Below, in pieces: positions 1-13,228 of a stretch of 64,000 bases of DNA. Below the pieces are notes generated by a model. It did no database searches. It was not told where the DNA came from and worked only from the letters and a program-made list of their open reading frames with translations. The DNA is taken from positions 51,460,001 through 51,524,000 of the forward strand of contig NC_043002.1 in the NCBI RefSeq assembly GCF_006345805.1, in the 5' to 3' direction. Position numbers and translations under genes: made by a program. Position 1 is the first letter of the stretch. Each line of letters opens with the position of its first letter. This DNA is from Octopus sinensis. Taxonomy: Eukaryota.

Positions 1-189
1 TAAGTTATAATAATGAAGTCAATATTTTGAAATGTATTACCGGACGAAGGTCTTGCGTAACGGATGTATTACCAATTATATATTATGCAATGCTCTGAAA
101 CGTATGTATTAAATGCTTTCAAATATCATTATTTGGTTTCACTTCATTATTATAACTTTGCATGAGCATTTATGTTACTCTCTGCGTAT

Positions 190-248
190 ATTCCACTGAT
201 GAGGCAAAGCATTTCTAAATGCAAAGTCAGAAATCCGGGATCTGGAAT
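190..248 (+). ncRNA. Type I hammerhead ribozyme-like motif
   Basis: Stem I ATTCCA(190-195)/TGGAAT(243-248); core CTGATGA 196-202; stem II GGC..GCATTT-CT-AAATGC..GTC; extra A229; GAAA 230-233; stem III ATC-CGG-GAT; AUC cleavage triplet (C242). Confidence 0.6.
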
Positions 249-479
249 TATCCAGTAATTTTTTACTAGCTTTATTTTGTCTTTTTGTCTTCTCTCCTTG
301 TGATGTATGGGCATTTAATGTGGTTTTAGAGTCAGATCTTGGCTGCTATTTTCAGCATGGCGGTATCTCTTAGGTTTTATTATAATTTTAATAATAATTA
401 TTACCTTTGAAGGTTTTAGTTCCATGCTGGCCACTTGGTAAGATCGTTATTTACTTTAAATTAGCGATCTTGTCCTTAT

Positions 480-529
<50 letters not shown>

Positions 530-591
530 GATTGATTGATTGATTGATTCTAGTTTCAGCTTATGAGCTGTGGCCATGCTGGGGCACCGCC

Positions 592-633
<42 letters not shown>

Positions 634-1019
634 TATATATATATACACGTGCGTACAATGTATATTCATTGTTTCATGTATGTCTCGATTTGTTTCCGTC
701 TGTCACTTTGTTTAACTTCAAATATAGCTCTAAATTCGATCTAAGTCGATATAATCTCTTGAAATGCAACTAGCACTTTGACCAGCTTTCTCCAAAAAAA
801 GAAAAAGAAAAGCAAAGAAAAGCATTTATATATTTGCCAAATATTTATCACTATAAAACTTCATTTCTCTATGCGTTATCATAATTCGTTGAGCAATTAG
901 CAATATGAGTTTACAACCAAAATGATGAGCTTATAAAAATGACTTTTCAGCTTAGTTTGTGTTAACGATCAGAGTATATATATATATATATATATATAGT
1001 CGTTTTTTCGTAAACTTTC

Positions 1020-1210
1020 GCTATATATAGAGAGAGAAAGTTTACGAACAAAAACAAAAGACGAAGACAGGTGGTGTACAAAACAAACAGATGTATTAGT
1101 ATAACGCTCAGGAAAAGAAAAAGTATTTTACGTTTCGAGCCAACGCTCTTCTACAGAAAGGTAGACAGAAAAAAACAAAGAGAGAAACAAAGAGAGAAAA
1201 AAATGTGTGT
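1020..1210 (-). mobile_element. Penelope-LTR-like repeat carrying a variant minimal HHR (second copy at 41657-41845)
   Basis: ~190 bp shared with 41657-41845. Minus strand reads CCTTT-CTGTAGA-A-GAGC-GTTG-GCTC-GAAA-CGT-A-AAA at 1161-1126. Confidence 0.5.
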
Positions 1211-1217
1211 GTAGTAG

Positions 1218-1258
<41 letters not shown>

Positions 1259-1863
1259 ATAGCTATATGTATGTATGTATGTAATATATATATACATACA
1301 CGAGAAATTTTGAAATATTGATCTCTTGGTAATTAGTATGTATTTTTGTATGTAACTTTGTAAGTAATTTTTATATACGTACGTGTAAGGAAATCACATT
1401 TTAATATCCGGGAAAAGAAAATATGTTTATTTTAATAAGTATGCCTTGATTAGTTTGTTTTCATATGTCACTTCGTTTGCGTTATATAGTGTAGTTTAAA
1501 ATTCGGTATAATTCATTATGACAATTGAAAGATACTGAGCACTTTGGTACACTTTGCACGAAAATTTAGTCCTATATTTGCGAAATAATGCATCATTATA
1601 TGTATATATGTGTACGTGTATGTATTTGTCTACATACACGCGAATGCAAGTATAAACGTCTATATACACACACACAATTTATATCAATGTGGAAGAAATA
1701 GTACTCGAATACCAAGAGTAGAGTAGTATGCTTTATTATTAAAGCTGCAAAATATTCACAGATATGTTACTCAGTGTCAATTTCTATCCATCTAACGTAA
1801 GGTTTTTTTTTTTCAATCCATTATATCTTTTTATTAATCTAAATATCCACCCATTATCAAATA

Positions 1864-2254
1864 CTAACAGTATCGCCAGGCGTTGCTCGGGTTTGTTTCG
1901 AATCCTTTAGAATTAGATTTTTTGAAAAGTAAGAATTTTGCATTATGTAGCTTGTTATTCTCTTTAAGTGAACATTTTTCTGGTTGAAATATACCGAAAA
2001 ATGGCGACACAGCAGTCAAAAAATCGTAAAAAATAGGGATTTTCATAGAAAAAAAGCACCTTTTTGTTGTAAATAATTTTTGGTCTTAACATGGTTCGAT
2101 TTGAATTTTCTCTTCTACGGAATGAAGAGCAAGCCTTCTTCTATCATACTCTCAAGTTTGGTCAACTTGCGCCTCAGGGTCTCGGAGGAGATAGTGTTAG
2201 TTGAAGGCTACCAAATATGCCACACACAGACAACTTCAGCTTTATATATATAGA
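1864..2254 (-). mobile_element. Non-autonomous Helitron-type element
   Basis: Minus-strand 5' end A|TCTATATATATAAAG. 3' end has hairpin-like CCCGAGCAACGCCTGG followed by GATACTGTTAG|T (degenerate CTAG). Inserted at an AT dinucleotide. Confidence 0.65.
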
Positions 2255-2369
2255 TTTATCGTCACGCTTTTGAAATATTAACCGATCAGATTAAATACTT
2301 ATTCGTTATACAACAAACAAAAAAATATATTCCTTGCGCAATTATAATCTAAAATTCAGTATTAATCAA

Positions 2370-2409
2370 AACTGTCCGACGAACCGGGATGTGAAAGTGA
2401 GTAACAGTT
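2370..2409 (+). ncRNA. Decayed minimal type I hammerhead-like motif
   Basis: AACTGT/ACAGTT stem I; core CCGACGA (U4>C); 2-bp stem II AC/GT; GAAA 2393-2396; GUA 2401-2403. Confidence 0.45.
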
Positions 2410-2519
2410 CAATGAATATTTTGCAGCTTTTATTATAAACTATATATACAAGGAACGATGGGTAATTTCTATACTTTTAATTTCGCGCAAGCCCATTGTT
2501 TGTTTTTGATTTTGTCGAC

Positions 2520-2765
2520 TACACAGTATAGTAGGGTCAGTTGCGCACCGTCTGTAAGAAAAATAGCACCATGACGCAATTCACCCAGCCAGAAATTTGG
2601 AAACGACATACTGTACTGCTTGGCATTCGCGCCAGCAGCTCCAATACGAACTTTTCAGCGTCTGGGTGTCAGTGTGAGGACAGCGAAATCTGAGGATATG
2701 TACTGAGAGTGATAAAAATCAAACAGCCAGTCAACATCATGGTGTTTGGAGTGGTCACTAGGCAC
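2520..2765 (+). mobile_element. Internally deleted Tc1/mariner-superfamily (maT-like) transposase remnant
   Basis: ATG at 2571 reads MTQFTQPEIWKRHTVLLGIRASSSNTN, then frameshifted LGVSVRTA (HTH-like). 2715 onward reads KIKQPVNIMVFGVVT, resembling the K.P..VMV.G motif of Tc1/IS630-type transposases. Confidence 0.5.
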
Positions 2766-2779
2766 TTTTTATTTTGAGC

Positions 2780-3807
2780 CCAAGCCTGTCATTCTTCTAC
2801 TTCCCTCTACTTATCCGTCATTCTTCTTCTCCCGATCTCTCTCTCCTTCCCCTCTCTCCTTCCTCCACTCTTTGTCTTTCTTTCTTTCTTGCCAACGTAC
2901 AATATTGTTCCTCTTCACAAGGGCATAACCACTTGTTTGCTCTTCTTACTAATCTCTCACTGCTTCTTTTTATTCCCTCACTCATTATCCCATGATTTCC
3001 CTTTCCCCTGCTTACTCTCCCTCTTTTCCCCTTCCCTCTTTCCCCTCTCTCTCCCCTCCTTCTCCCTCACTCATCCTATTTCTGTCTTCTGCCTCTCTCT
3101 TTCACTTGCCTCTCTTTTCCTCTCTCTCTCTCTTTCTGTCTTCTGTGTGTCTCTCTCTCCTTTTCTTTCTCTCTTTCTCCCCTATCTCTTCCTCTTTCTT
3201 CCTTTCTGTCCCTCTCCCTCTCGCACTCTGTCCTCTGTCTCTCACTTTCCTCTGCCTCTCTCTTTCTCCTGTCTCTCTCTTTCTTCTGTCTCTCTCCCCC
3301 TCTCTCTACCTTCTATCTATCTCTTCCCCTCTCTCACTCTCTGTCTTCTGTCTGTCATCCTCTCTTCCTCTCATTCCTCTCTCTCCCCTCTCCCTCTGTC
3401 TCCCCTTCTCTTTTCTCCTCTGTCCCTCTACCACTCTCCGTCTTTCTCTGCCTTTTATCTGTCTGTTTCTCTCTCTCTCTCCTTGCTTTCTGTCTTCCTC
3501 CCTCCCTCTCTCTTTTCTCCCTCTTTCATATCTTTCATTTCTTTCTTCTTCCTTTCGACCCTTCTCTCTGTCTACTAATCGTCTCTGATATCCACCCTTC
3601 TCACATTTTTTCGTTCCTCTTCATTACTCATGATTTATCTTCCTCCTCCTCACGTAAATTTTCTCGTTTTCTCTTTTTTCTCTCTCACAAACTTTTCTCC
3701 CCCGTTTATCGTCGATATTACTCTTTTCTGATGTCAACCTAACTCCCTCTCTCCCTCATCCACCTTCATTTATTTTCACTCTCTCTTTATCCCTCTCTGT
3801 TTTTCTA

Positions 3808-3838
<31 letters not shown>

Positions 3839-4180
3839 AATGCACACACGCGCACCACATACACGCACACACAATCACAGACATACACAAACACGCATAC
3901 ATACAATGCTGTCCCTCTTTTTCTCTCTCTCCCTCACATACACACACACTCTCTCCCTCATTCACACACTCTCTCTCTCTCTCTTTCACTCTCCCTTTCT
4001 CCACCTCTCCCTGTCTCTTTCTCCTTCTCTCTTTCTCACCCTTTCTCCTTCTCTCTTTCTCTCTCTCCTTTTCTCTTTTCTCTCTCTTTCTCTTTCTCTC
4101 ACTTCATATCTTATCTCCCCTCAGCTACTCTTATTGCTTTCACCATCTTTCTTATACCCTCTCTCTCTCTCCTACTCGCA
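2780..4180. repeat. Degenerate (CT)n polypyrimidine tract with (CA)n inserts
   Basis: Near-exclusive C/T on + strand; source of the S/L/F-rich ORFs. Confidence 0.95.
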
Positions 4181-4630
4181 TTCTCTCTTGTCCTACACAG
4201 TACTAAACATAACACGCACACACACATACACAAACGTGCACACACACACCACACACACACACACACACACACGCACAAACGCACGCACAAACACGCACAC
4301 ACAATTCTCTAACACTTATTCCCTTCTTTTCACACACCTTACCTCGCACAAACATCTCGCTACTCCAACTCTTAAAACTCATACTACTGCTCTCTTACTA
4401 CCACAGCCCGCCCGCCCAACCCTTACCACCGATACAAACATCAACATGTAATATACGATTATTCGTTTCCGATAACTATGTTAAGATTCCCTTATGACAG
4501 TACCAGCTGTTGTTTGATGGGAAAGGACCGGGGTTCGTGTGGTGAGGAGGGAAGAGATCGCAGTAACACCGATGATGAAAGTGCTGATGATAGTAGTAGT
4601 AGTAGCAGTAGTAGTAGTAGTAGTAGTAGC

Positions 4631-4675
<45 letters not shown>

Positions 4676-5054
4676 TGTTGTTGTTGTTGTTGCTGTTATT
4701 TTTTCATGGTGATAGTGTTCTTGGCGGGAGTAGCGGGTTGAGAGAGTAATTGCATTGATAGTAGTAATGTTGATAATTAGAGACTGTTAGAGCGTTGGAG
4801 ATCATATACCACTAGAGGTGGTGGTGGTGGTGGTGGTGGTGGTGGTGGTGGTGGTGGAGGTGGTCGTTGAGGTGGTGGTCGATGTGGTGGTCGTGGTGGT
4901 GGCTGTGGTGTTCGTGATGGTCGTGCTCGTGGAAGGTGGTTGGTATTGGCATTGGTTCATACATGTACCTTATGTACACTTGTATATACACCTATTTATA
5001 CTTGTATGTATATGTGTGTGTACATACACATATCAATATATATAAAGAGTAAGA

Positions 5055-5098
<44 letters not shown>

Positions 5099-5423
5099 AC
5101 ATGTATATATGCGTATATACATATGTGTGTATATATATATGCATGTATATATAACTATGTATATATATGTGAATATATGTATATACATATAGTATATATA
5201 TGTATGTAGATATATGTTATATATAATATATAATAGATATATATAATATATATATACACACATAAATAAATAAATAAATATATATATATATATATATACA
5301 TAAATATATATATTAAAATTAATATACACACACATATTTAACATATTTATATGTATCTATGTGTGTATATATAGATATGTGGAAGAATAAGTTCGATAAG
5401 TATCATGCACGAAACATTGTGTG

Positions 5424-5464
<41 letters not shown>

Positions 5465-5596
5465 CATAAAACACACACATGTATGAAAGTGTGTATGTGT
5501 GTGTGTCTGTCTGTGTGTATACCTATGCATATGTGAGTGTAATATATACGTGCTTGTATAAAGGTTGTTCCCAGGGTTGTTTCCATGACGGGTTGC

Positions 5597-5627
<31 letters not shown>

Positions 5628-5814
5628 ATGGTGGTGGAGGTGGTGGTGGTGGTGGTGGTAGTGGTGGTTTTAGTAATAGTTGTAGTAGTAGTGAGAAGGT
5701 AGTGATAATGGTGGTTATTGTTGCTATAAACCTCGATAGGGTTACCGTAGGGTAATGGTGGATGTGTTCTTGTGGTGACGCTGTTATGGCTACTGTTGAT
5801 GTCGTTGTTGTTGT

Positions 5815-5845
<31 letters not shown>

Positions 5846-6346
5846 AATGATCGTCATCATCATGGTGATCATGCTCATGGTCGTGACGAGGAGGCGATGG
5901 AGGCGTAGTAGCATTGAAAATTGCGGAAGCTGCCTTTTTCTAGACAAGAGATGTTTTCAGACATTTTGTTATACATACATACATACATACATACATACAT
6001 ACATACATACATACATGCATACATACATACATACATGCGGACTCATGTACATGTATGCGCAGCCGTTTCTACAGAGACTTATATATATATATATAATATA
6101 TATATATATAATATATATATACATATATGCACACACACATAATACTTGCTTATATACATATATATCTACAGAGACAGAGTAGGGGTAGAGAAAGAAAGGG
6201 AACAGCTCCTATGTATTATATATATGGGTACTTATATATGTGTGTATGTATGCATGTATATACATATATATGGTGTGTGTGTATGTATGTATGTTATGTA
6301 TCCATGCATGTATGTAAGTATATGTATAGGTATATGTATATGTATG

Positions 6347-6387
<41 letters not shown>

Positions 6388-6447
6388 AGACTTTTTATAA
6401 ATATAAATATATATTTATATGTATGTATAAATATACATACATATATA

Positions 6448-6490
<43 letters not shown>

Positions 6491-6939
6491 TATATATATA
6501 TAATATATATACATACCATATTGTTTGTGATTTTAACGAGGTCCACAATCTGTCGTTTGCTTTAGTCAATATTAACTATTTCGACACACCTTTTTAAGTT
6601 ACTGCTTTCCAGTAATCCATAACTAATTGTGTTTTCGCCTCGTCAGAGTTCCTTGCTTCCAAACAGAAGCGCTTTATCAAAACCTGTGTTTAGCGTGTGT
6701 CAGATATGAGAATAAATGTGAATACATACATGCATACGTGTGTATGTTACGTATGTTAAGTATGTATGTTATGTATGTATGTATGTATGTATGTATGTAT
6801 GTATGTATGTATGTATGTATGTATAGCCTCCATCGTAAAACATTCGGCAGTTACAATTTCCCTATGTCTCATTGGTCATGTCTACATTCAACTCTGTATG
6901 ATCTGAAATACTGTTGCTTCTGATATTGCTGTTGTTGTT

Positions 6940-7400
6940 ATTGTGAGTAGTGGTGGTGGTGGTTGTGGTGGTGGTGGTGGTGGTGGTGGTGGTGGTAGTG
7001 GTGATGGTGGTGGTGGTGATGGTGGTGGTGTTGGTGGTGGGGTGGTGGGTTGGTGGGGTGATGGTTGTGGTGTTGGTGTGGTGGTGGTAGTGGTGGTGGT
7101 GGTGGTGGTGGTGGTGGTGTGGTGGTGTGGTGGTGGTTGTGGTGGTGGTGGTGGTGATGGTGGTGGTGGTGGTGATGGTGATGGTGGTGGTGGTGGTGGT
7201 GGTGGTGGTGGTGGTGGTGATGGTGGTGGTGGTAGGGGTTGTGGTGGTGGTGATGGTGTCGGTGTTGGTGGTGGTGGTGGTGGTGGTGGTGGAGATGGTG
7301 TTGGTGGTGGTGATGGTGGTGGTGATGGTGGTGGTGTTGGTGGTGGTGGTGGTGGTGGTGGTTGTGGTGGTGGTGGTGGTGGTGGTGGTTCTGGTGGTGG
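6940..7400. repeat. (GGT)n trinucleotide array
   Basis: ~460 bp of GGT/GAT units. Confidence 0.97.
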
Positions 7401-8479
7401 TTATATGAGTATTGTTTTTACTTTTGTTACTTTTGTTGTTAGACATTTTGTTTTCGTTATTTTTCTATTTTTCTAGTTTACTTTTCATATTGCTTGTTTC
7501 TCATTTTGCGCGTTTTCTTTATTTTTTTTTTACTTTTTTTTCTTTTTCTCATTTGTTTCTTCTGCAATCCCTCTAAACACTGTTCATTTTTGTCACACGA
7601 TCATAAAGATATAAATATTCTCTCTTTGCTTTCGCCCCACTCTCTCTCTCTCTCTCTCATGCACATACACACACCTTCTTACTCTCCCTCTCCCCCTCTC
7701 TCCCTCACTTACTCTATCTCTTTTCCCTTTAATCTCGTCTTCCTTTTCTTGTTTCCTTTTCCCCTTTTGTTCAGTCTGTCCAGAATATTCCACAGCAGAT
7801 CAAGAGATTCTTCTAATACTTAGCAGATAGTCCAAGAAAAATATAGCACGTTTTAAAATTTAATAATACTATTCTGGGCGGACTCTATGATTTCCAAAAG
7901 AAACATGGGAGCTCTCAAATCAGAAAAGAATTTTCAAACCTCCCATGCCAAGGAAACCGTTCCAAACTAAGAGAATTCTAACCAAATTAATTTCTTTTCT
8001 TGTTGGTGCAGAAGCTTTAAGGTTAATTTTTAGGCTAATTTCTCATTGAGATACAAAATCTCGGGATTTGATGAAGAAGTGGGTGACACAATAAATTTTT
8101 CTTTGATGTGGGAATGAAAAATAATGTTCAGAATGAAGTAAGTTGAGTGACATTTAAAGAGTAAGTTTTATCGAGAAAAAGACATTAATTACTGTTTGGA
8201 GGAAAGACTTAAAGAAAGTGTATGGAATGATAACTAGAACTGAACAACAAGAAGAATAAGGGATTGTAACTTACTCTTCTTTCGCCTTACTAGATTTCAT
8301 TTCTTAGCGATAACACCATCATTACAGTTTCTGTAGAATCAGATCTGCCACAGTTGTGCTCTCTGATGTTATTCAATAATGGTATTCTTGCCTTTAGGAA
8401 CTTCACTGAAAACAACATCGTTGAGACGTTCATCGATTATGGCACGAAAACCAACAAGATATGTTACTTACCAACGGGC

Positions 8480-8700
8480 TCCAACAAACTCTTATTTCTT
8501 GAACTGGAAGGTTGCTGTCAAACCGCTCCACCAAAACAAGCATCGATGAAGTTAAGTTCAACTTGCAATCTTTTCAACTCTTACATACATCAGGGCTTAC
8601 TTGTGTCTCCCGCAAACATAAACATATTCCTCTACACAAATGACCTCACATTATCCGACAAAGGCAACATCACACTTCCTTCTGCTTAACTTTCTGCACA
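8480..8700 (+). mobile_element. Possible very decayed CR1/L2-like RT remnant
   Basis: NINIFLYTNDLTL resembles the RT LYADD motif; otherwise heavily degraded. Confidence 0.3.
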
Positions 8701-8828
8701 TGGTTTGAACTACAGATTCTATAGTCAGGAGCAAAAGTCGCAACAAGTTCCACGTGTCATAATTTCCGATGATCGTTTTCTCTCTCTCTCTCTTTCTCTC
8801 CCCTTTCTCTCTTTCTCTATTTCTCCCC

Positions 8829-8864
<36 letters not shown>

Positions 8865-9013
8865 CTTTCCCCTTCACTCTCTTACCCCCTATCTCTCTTC
8901 CCCACTTCCTCCCGTTCTTTTGTTTACATTCTGGTTCACCAGCTTCGACTCATTTCTTATTTACTAAAAGTATTTCATGAATAAATATAATAGAATTGAA
9001 GTATTTACACCTT

Positions 9014-9051
<38 letters not shown>

Positions 9052-9052
9052 G

Positions 9053-9083
<31 letters not shown>

Positions 9084-9118
9084 TGTGTGTGTGTGTGGTG
9101 TGTGTGTGCATGCGTGTG

Positions 9119-9405
9119 TGCATGGTTCAGTGGTTAAGGTGTTGCACTCACGATTGCGAGATCGTGTCTTCGATTCCAGGACCGGACGTTGCGTTGTGTT
9201 CTTGAGCAAAGCAATTCATTCCACGCTGCTCTACGATTATTTCGTCATCTGACATGTGGTGCCTGTTGCACCTGTACCGGTAATATCGATTTGATGGAGG
9301 GAGTGAGCTTATGTGTACACAGACATTCGATCATTATAAACAAATCACCTGTGTGGTTGTTCCGTAAGAAATTGTCGAACATCTAACGACGGGAGAGTCC
9401 ATCAT
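9119..9405 (+). mobile_element. tRNA-derived SINE (family A-related head, different tail)
   Basis: A box TGGTTCAGTGG, B box-like TTCGATTCC, then TTGTGTTCTTGAGCAA shared with family A. Confidence 0.7.
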
Positions 9406-9511
9406 ATATATGTAGGTGTGTATATATATATATATTATATATATTATACATATATTTATATATATATATATATAAATACATAAACATATATATATATATA
9501 TTTATATATAA

Positions 9512-9581
<70 letters not shown>

Positions 9582-9960
9582 TATACATATATACATATTA
9601 TATATTTATATATAAATATATATATATACATATATATTTATATATAAAATATATATATGTTTGTATGTATTTATATATATATATCATATATATATATATA
9701 TATAAAATATATATATATATATGTATGTATGTTTGTATTTATATATAAATAATATATATATGTTTGTATGTATTTATATATATATATATAATATATAAAA
9801 TATATATATATATATGTATGTATGTTTGTATTTATATATAAATATTATATATATGTTTGTATGTATTTATATATATATATATATATATAAAAATATATCT
9901 TATATATATGTATGTATGTTTGTATGTATTATAAATATACGTATGTATATTATATGTATG
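9405..9960. repeat. (TA)n tract with higher-order TATG/TTTG subrepeats
   Basis: Repeated ATATATGTTTGTATGTATTTATATATA blocks. Confidence 0.9.
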
Positions 9961-10074
9961 TGTATGTATGTATATATCTATATATGTATATATGTGTATG
10001 TACACTCACTCACACACACATACATATATATATACAATTATGTATATATATCACAATTTACCCTCATTTCAAGC

Positions 10075-11325
10075 AACCTGTAACAACAAACTTTCTGGCA
10101 TCTCCTCAGACAACACAGATATTGAATCAGCGTGGTTTGCTTTTAAAATGCTGTATTTGACTAAGAGGAAGCACCAAGGTCGGTTTGACTCAAATGATCC
10201 AAACATTTATTCTCTTTTGGTCAATATGCAAAGTGCCACGGTCAATGGATGTCAAATAGAAATAATGCCACAAAACAATGAGTTGTAAAAGGCCAGAAAT
10301 ACAAGCCAATCTCAACTGACGCAAAGGAAAGAGATATGATAGCAAAGAAAGACACAAGAATTGCAAGATGCTACGGTCAGATGTGACTCCAGGTCATTCT
10401 ACCAGAATTTAAAGGGTATTTTGGGGCCTGTGTCTGGCCACTCAACTCTCATGCTTTCAACTGAAGGTAATCTTCCGACAGATAAAAAGAAGATCACGAT
10501 GCACCGGGCAGAACACTTTTCAAATGTTCTGAATATGGACTCAACTGTTGATGAAGAACTGATCATTAACCTACCACGAAGGCCTGTCCTTGAAGAACTG
10601 TCAGCTGCTACATCAAATGCTGAAATAAAAAAAGGGCCATAAAACAGCTCACGAATGGAAAGTCGCCTGGGAACGATGGCATACCAGCCGAGATATATAA
10701 ATGTGGTAACAGTCTCCTGCTGAACAAGTTATGTAAACTCTTCTCCTTAACCTCAGAATCAGGATCTGTCCTACGGGAGTTCAAAGGCGCTTCTTTATTA
10801 GCACAAAGGTATCAAATGTGAATGTGACAACCATAGAGGTATCTCCTTTTTGTATGTTGCTGGGAAGAACTTTGGAAGGCTTATCTTAAATAGACTAAAT
10901 GATACCATTGCCAGCTTAATGTTGCCTGAATCTCAGTGTGGATTTCGGGCTGGTAGAGGCACAGTGGATATGATTTTTGGCTTAAGGCAGCTGCAGGAAA
11001 AGGCTCAGGGGCACAACCGAGACCTTTCTATCACTTTTGTAGATATAACTAAAGCGTTCTAGGGATGCTCTTTGGATTGTCTTTAGAAAGCTAGGTGTTG
11101 CAGAAAGGATGCTCGATGTCATAATTTCTTTCCATCAAGGGATACTGGCGTGTCAGATCTAGCGGGGAAATGTCCAATTCATTCCCATTCTCAAATGGGA
11201 CAAAGCAAAGCAGTGTTCTTGCACCACTCTTATTTACTTTGTATTTCTCCGTCATATTGAAAACAGCATTCGAGTGTGTTAAAGAAGGAGTAAAGCTTGA
11301 GTACAGAAGGATTAAAGTTTGAGCA
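10075..11325 (+). mobile_element. RTE-clade LINE remnant (EN-RT linker and RT N-terminal half), frameshifted
   Basis: Motifs FYQNLKGILGP, GKSPGNDGIPAEIYK, DNHRGISFL, LPESQCGFRAGRGTVDMIFGLRQLQEK, FVDITKAF, GTKQSSVLAPLLF; truncated at (CA)n near 11335. Confidence 0.9.
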
Positions 11326-11333
11326 ATGTACAA

Positions 11334-11368
<35 letters not shown>

Positions 11369-11644
11369 GCGCGCAGCGCGCATGCACGCTTACACTAGCT
11401 GAAGATCCAGTGTTACCCAGACTGAAAGGTAGCTTATATATAACCCAGAAATGTTAAATGTTCTTATTGAAGGCATTTGCTTTAATCGGATACAATTGGA
11501 TTCTGTTTGAAAAATGATATCGCTTTTAAATAGCAGTATCTACTCTTTGCTATAGATACACACTGAATGTTACAAGTATTATTCTAAAATTAATTGTGCA
11601 AATGATGTATGTATATATGTATGCATGTATGTATGTATGTGTAC

Positions 11645-11678
<34 letters not shown>

Positions 11679-11929
11679 CTACTGGTTTTAAATTGATATT
11701 AAAATTAATATTAATTTATCTCCCTCATTATTTAAATATATATATATATATATATATATAAATGACAAGGAAACAAGAAATCATGTAAAGAACTCCAATA
11801 GTTTGGTGCCGTTTCTGTTATAAAATGCAATGCACTCAATGTTGTTTGCTTGTGTATTGCTCACTAGCTTGCTGGGACTTCGAAACAGAAAGTTAATAAA
11901 ATTCACTATATAATTTCTTGTTCCTTGTC

Positions 11930-11966
<37 letters not shown>

Positions 11967-11995
11967 CATGTAAGTAACAAAGATGTCCATGTATC

Positions 11996-12088
11996 AATGC
12001 ATTACGGCCGTTTCGAGCGGCTTTATTTAAACAATGAATGAAGACATTACATCAACTTGAAAGAAACTGCTCTCCTCAGAGGTAGATG
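11996..12088 (-). ncRNA. Type I hammerhead-like motif with long stem II loop
   Basis: Minus strand: CTGAGGA (12079-12073), GAGC..GCTC, GAAA, palindromic ACGGCCGT (12011-12004), GUA. Stem I TACCT/ATGCA pairs only 3 of 5. Confidence 0.5.
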
Positions 12089-12174
12089 ACCATATAGATT
12101 ACCAATATAAAGGATAAACCTTTCTTAATAAATGTATATCAGTACTAGAAACCAAAATAATTACGTTGTTTCCT

Positions 12175-12992
12175 TATGTTATATATGTGGCAGAATGAAT
12201 TTAGAAAATAATGCATATCTAATTAAGCTACTATAATTTGGAGGTTAGCAGAAGAAAATAGTGGGGTCAAGATATATAGTAGTGATGAGATAGTTATTTA
12301 TACTTAAAGTGTCTTAGTAATGAAATCCTTGAACTGCGTGGTGGTCTTTATAGAGAAGCGGCATTGTTCATTATACCTAGTAACAGTAAGACCGTCATAG
12401 AAAGAATACGGAAGAAAATCAGAAAATTCTTCAAACGCTAAGGCTCACTTTCGAATACGATACGAAAGTCGTTAACTTCTAAGATACTACACTAGATATT
12501 ACCTCTGGTTAATATTACCCCTATAGAAAACCGGATGAGGTTACTAAGTATGTGAACAAATCATCTTATCATTTCCCAAATGTATTAAAATCATTAGTAA
12601 AATAATTTCGCGGCGAATTACGTATATACAAATGTAGGATAATGACGTGAAATAATAATTTCATTTACATCGAGTGTTCTGTAAATATTTTTAGAAAACC
12701 CACCTAAATAACCATTTTTCGTCTTTTAGAATTAGACATAAAGCCAACAGTATTTCACTAACTATGAAAATTTGGGAACCCAAGGATAGTAGTGAGTTTA
12801 ACCTAAAATGAGGTATAGTTTAACCTAAAATCAGCTATACAAAAATAGCCGATATGGATGTGAACTATGTTGTATGAAGATTTATGAAATTTTTAAATAT
12901 AGATATAAGCAAAACCTAATTAATAGTAAATTGAACCTAAGAGTATCTTGTGTACATATTCTCTAAATTCATTCTGCCACAAATATAACATA
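12175..12992. mobile_element. Non-coding TIR element (MITE-like)
   Basis: 31-bp terminal inverted repeats TATGTTATAT(A/T)TGTGGCAGAATGAATTTAGA at 12175-12205 and 12962-12992, one mismatch. Confidence 0.7.
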
Positions 12993-13167
12993 TAACATAA
13001 CAAATTATTTTGGCTTCTAGTACTGAAAAACAAAACTATGTAGGTACATATATCGACATATTTATTCATAAATTTATGGTTATGTGTTGTCATTTAGTAA
13101 CAGGTCAGTACTGTCTAGCCGAGATATAATGATAGTAATTATCCGATGTTTATCTTATATATTATAT

Positions 13168-13216
<49 letters not shown>

Positions 13217-13228
13217 TATATATATATA

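Noticed and set aside
36-110. CCGGACGAAGG...TGAAACGTA as a decayed hammerhead (similar weak cases at ~15320, ~25190, ~26570)
   Set aside because: Too many core substitutions and no reliable stems to call by eye.
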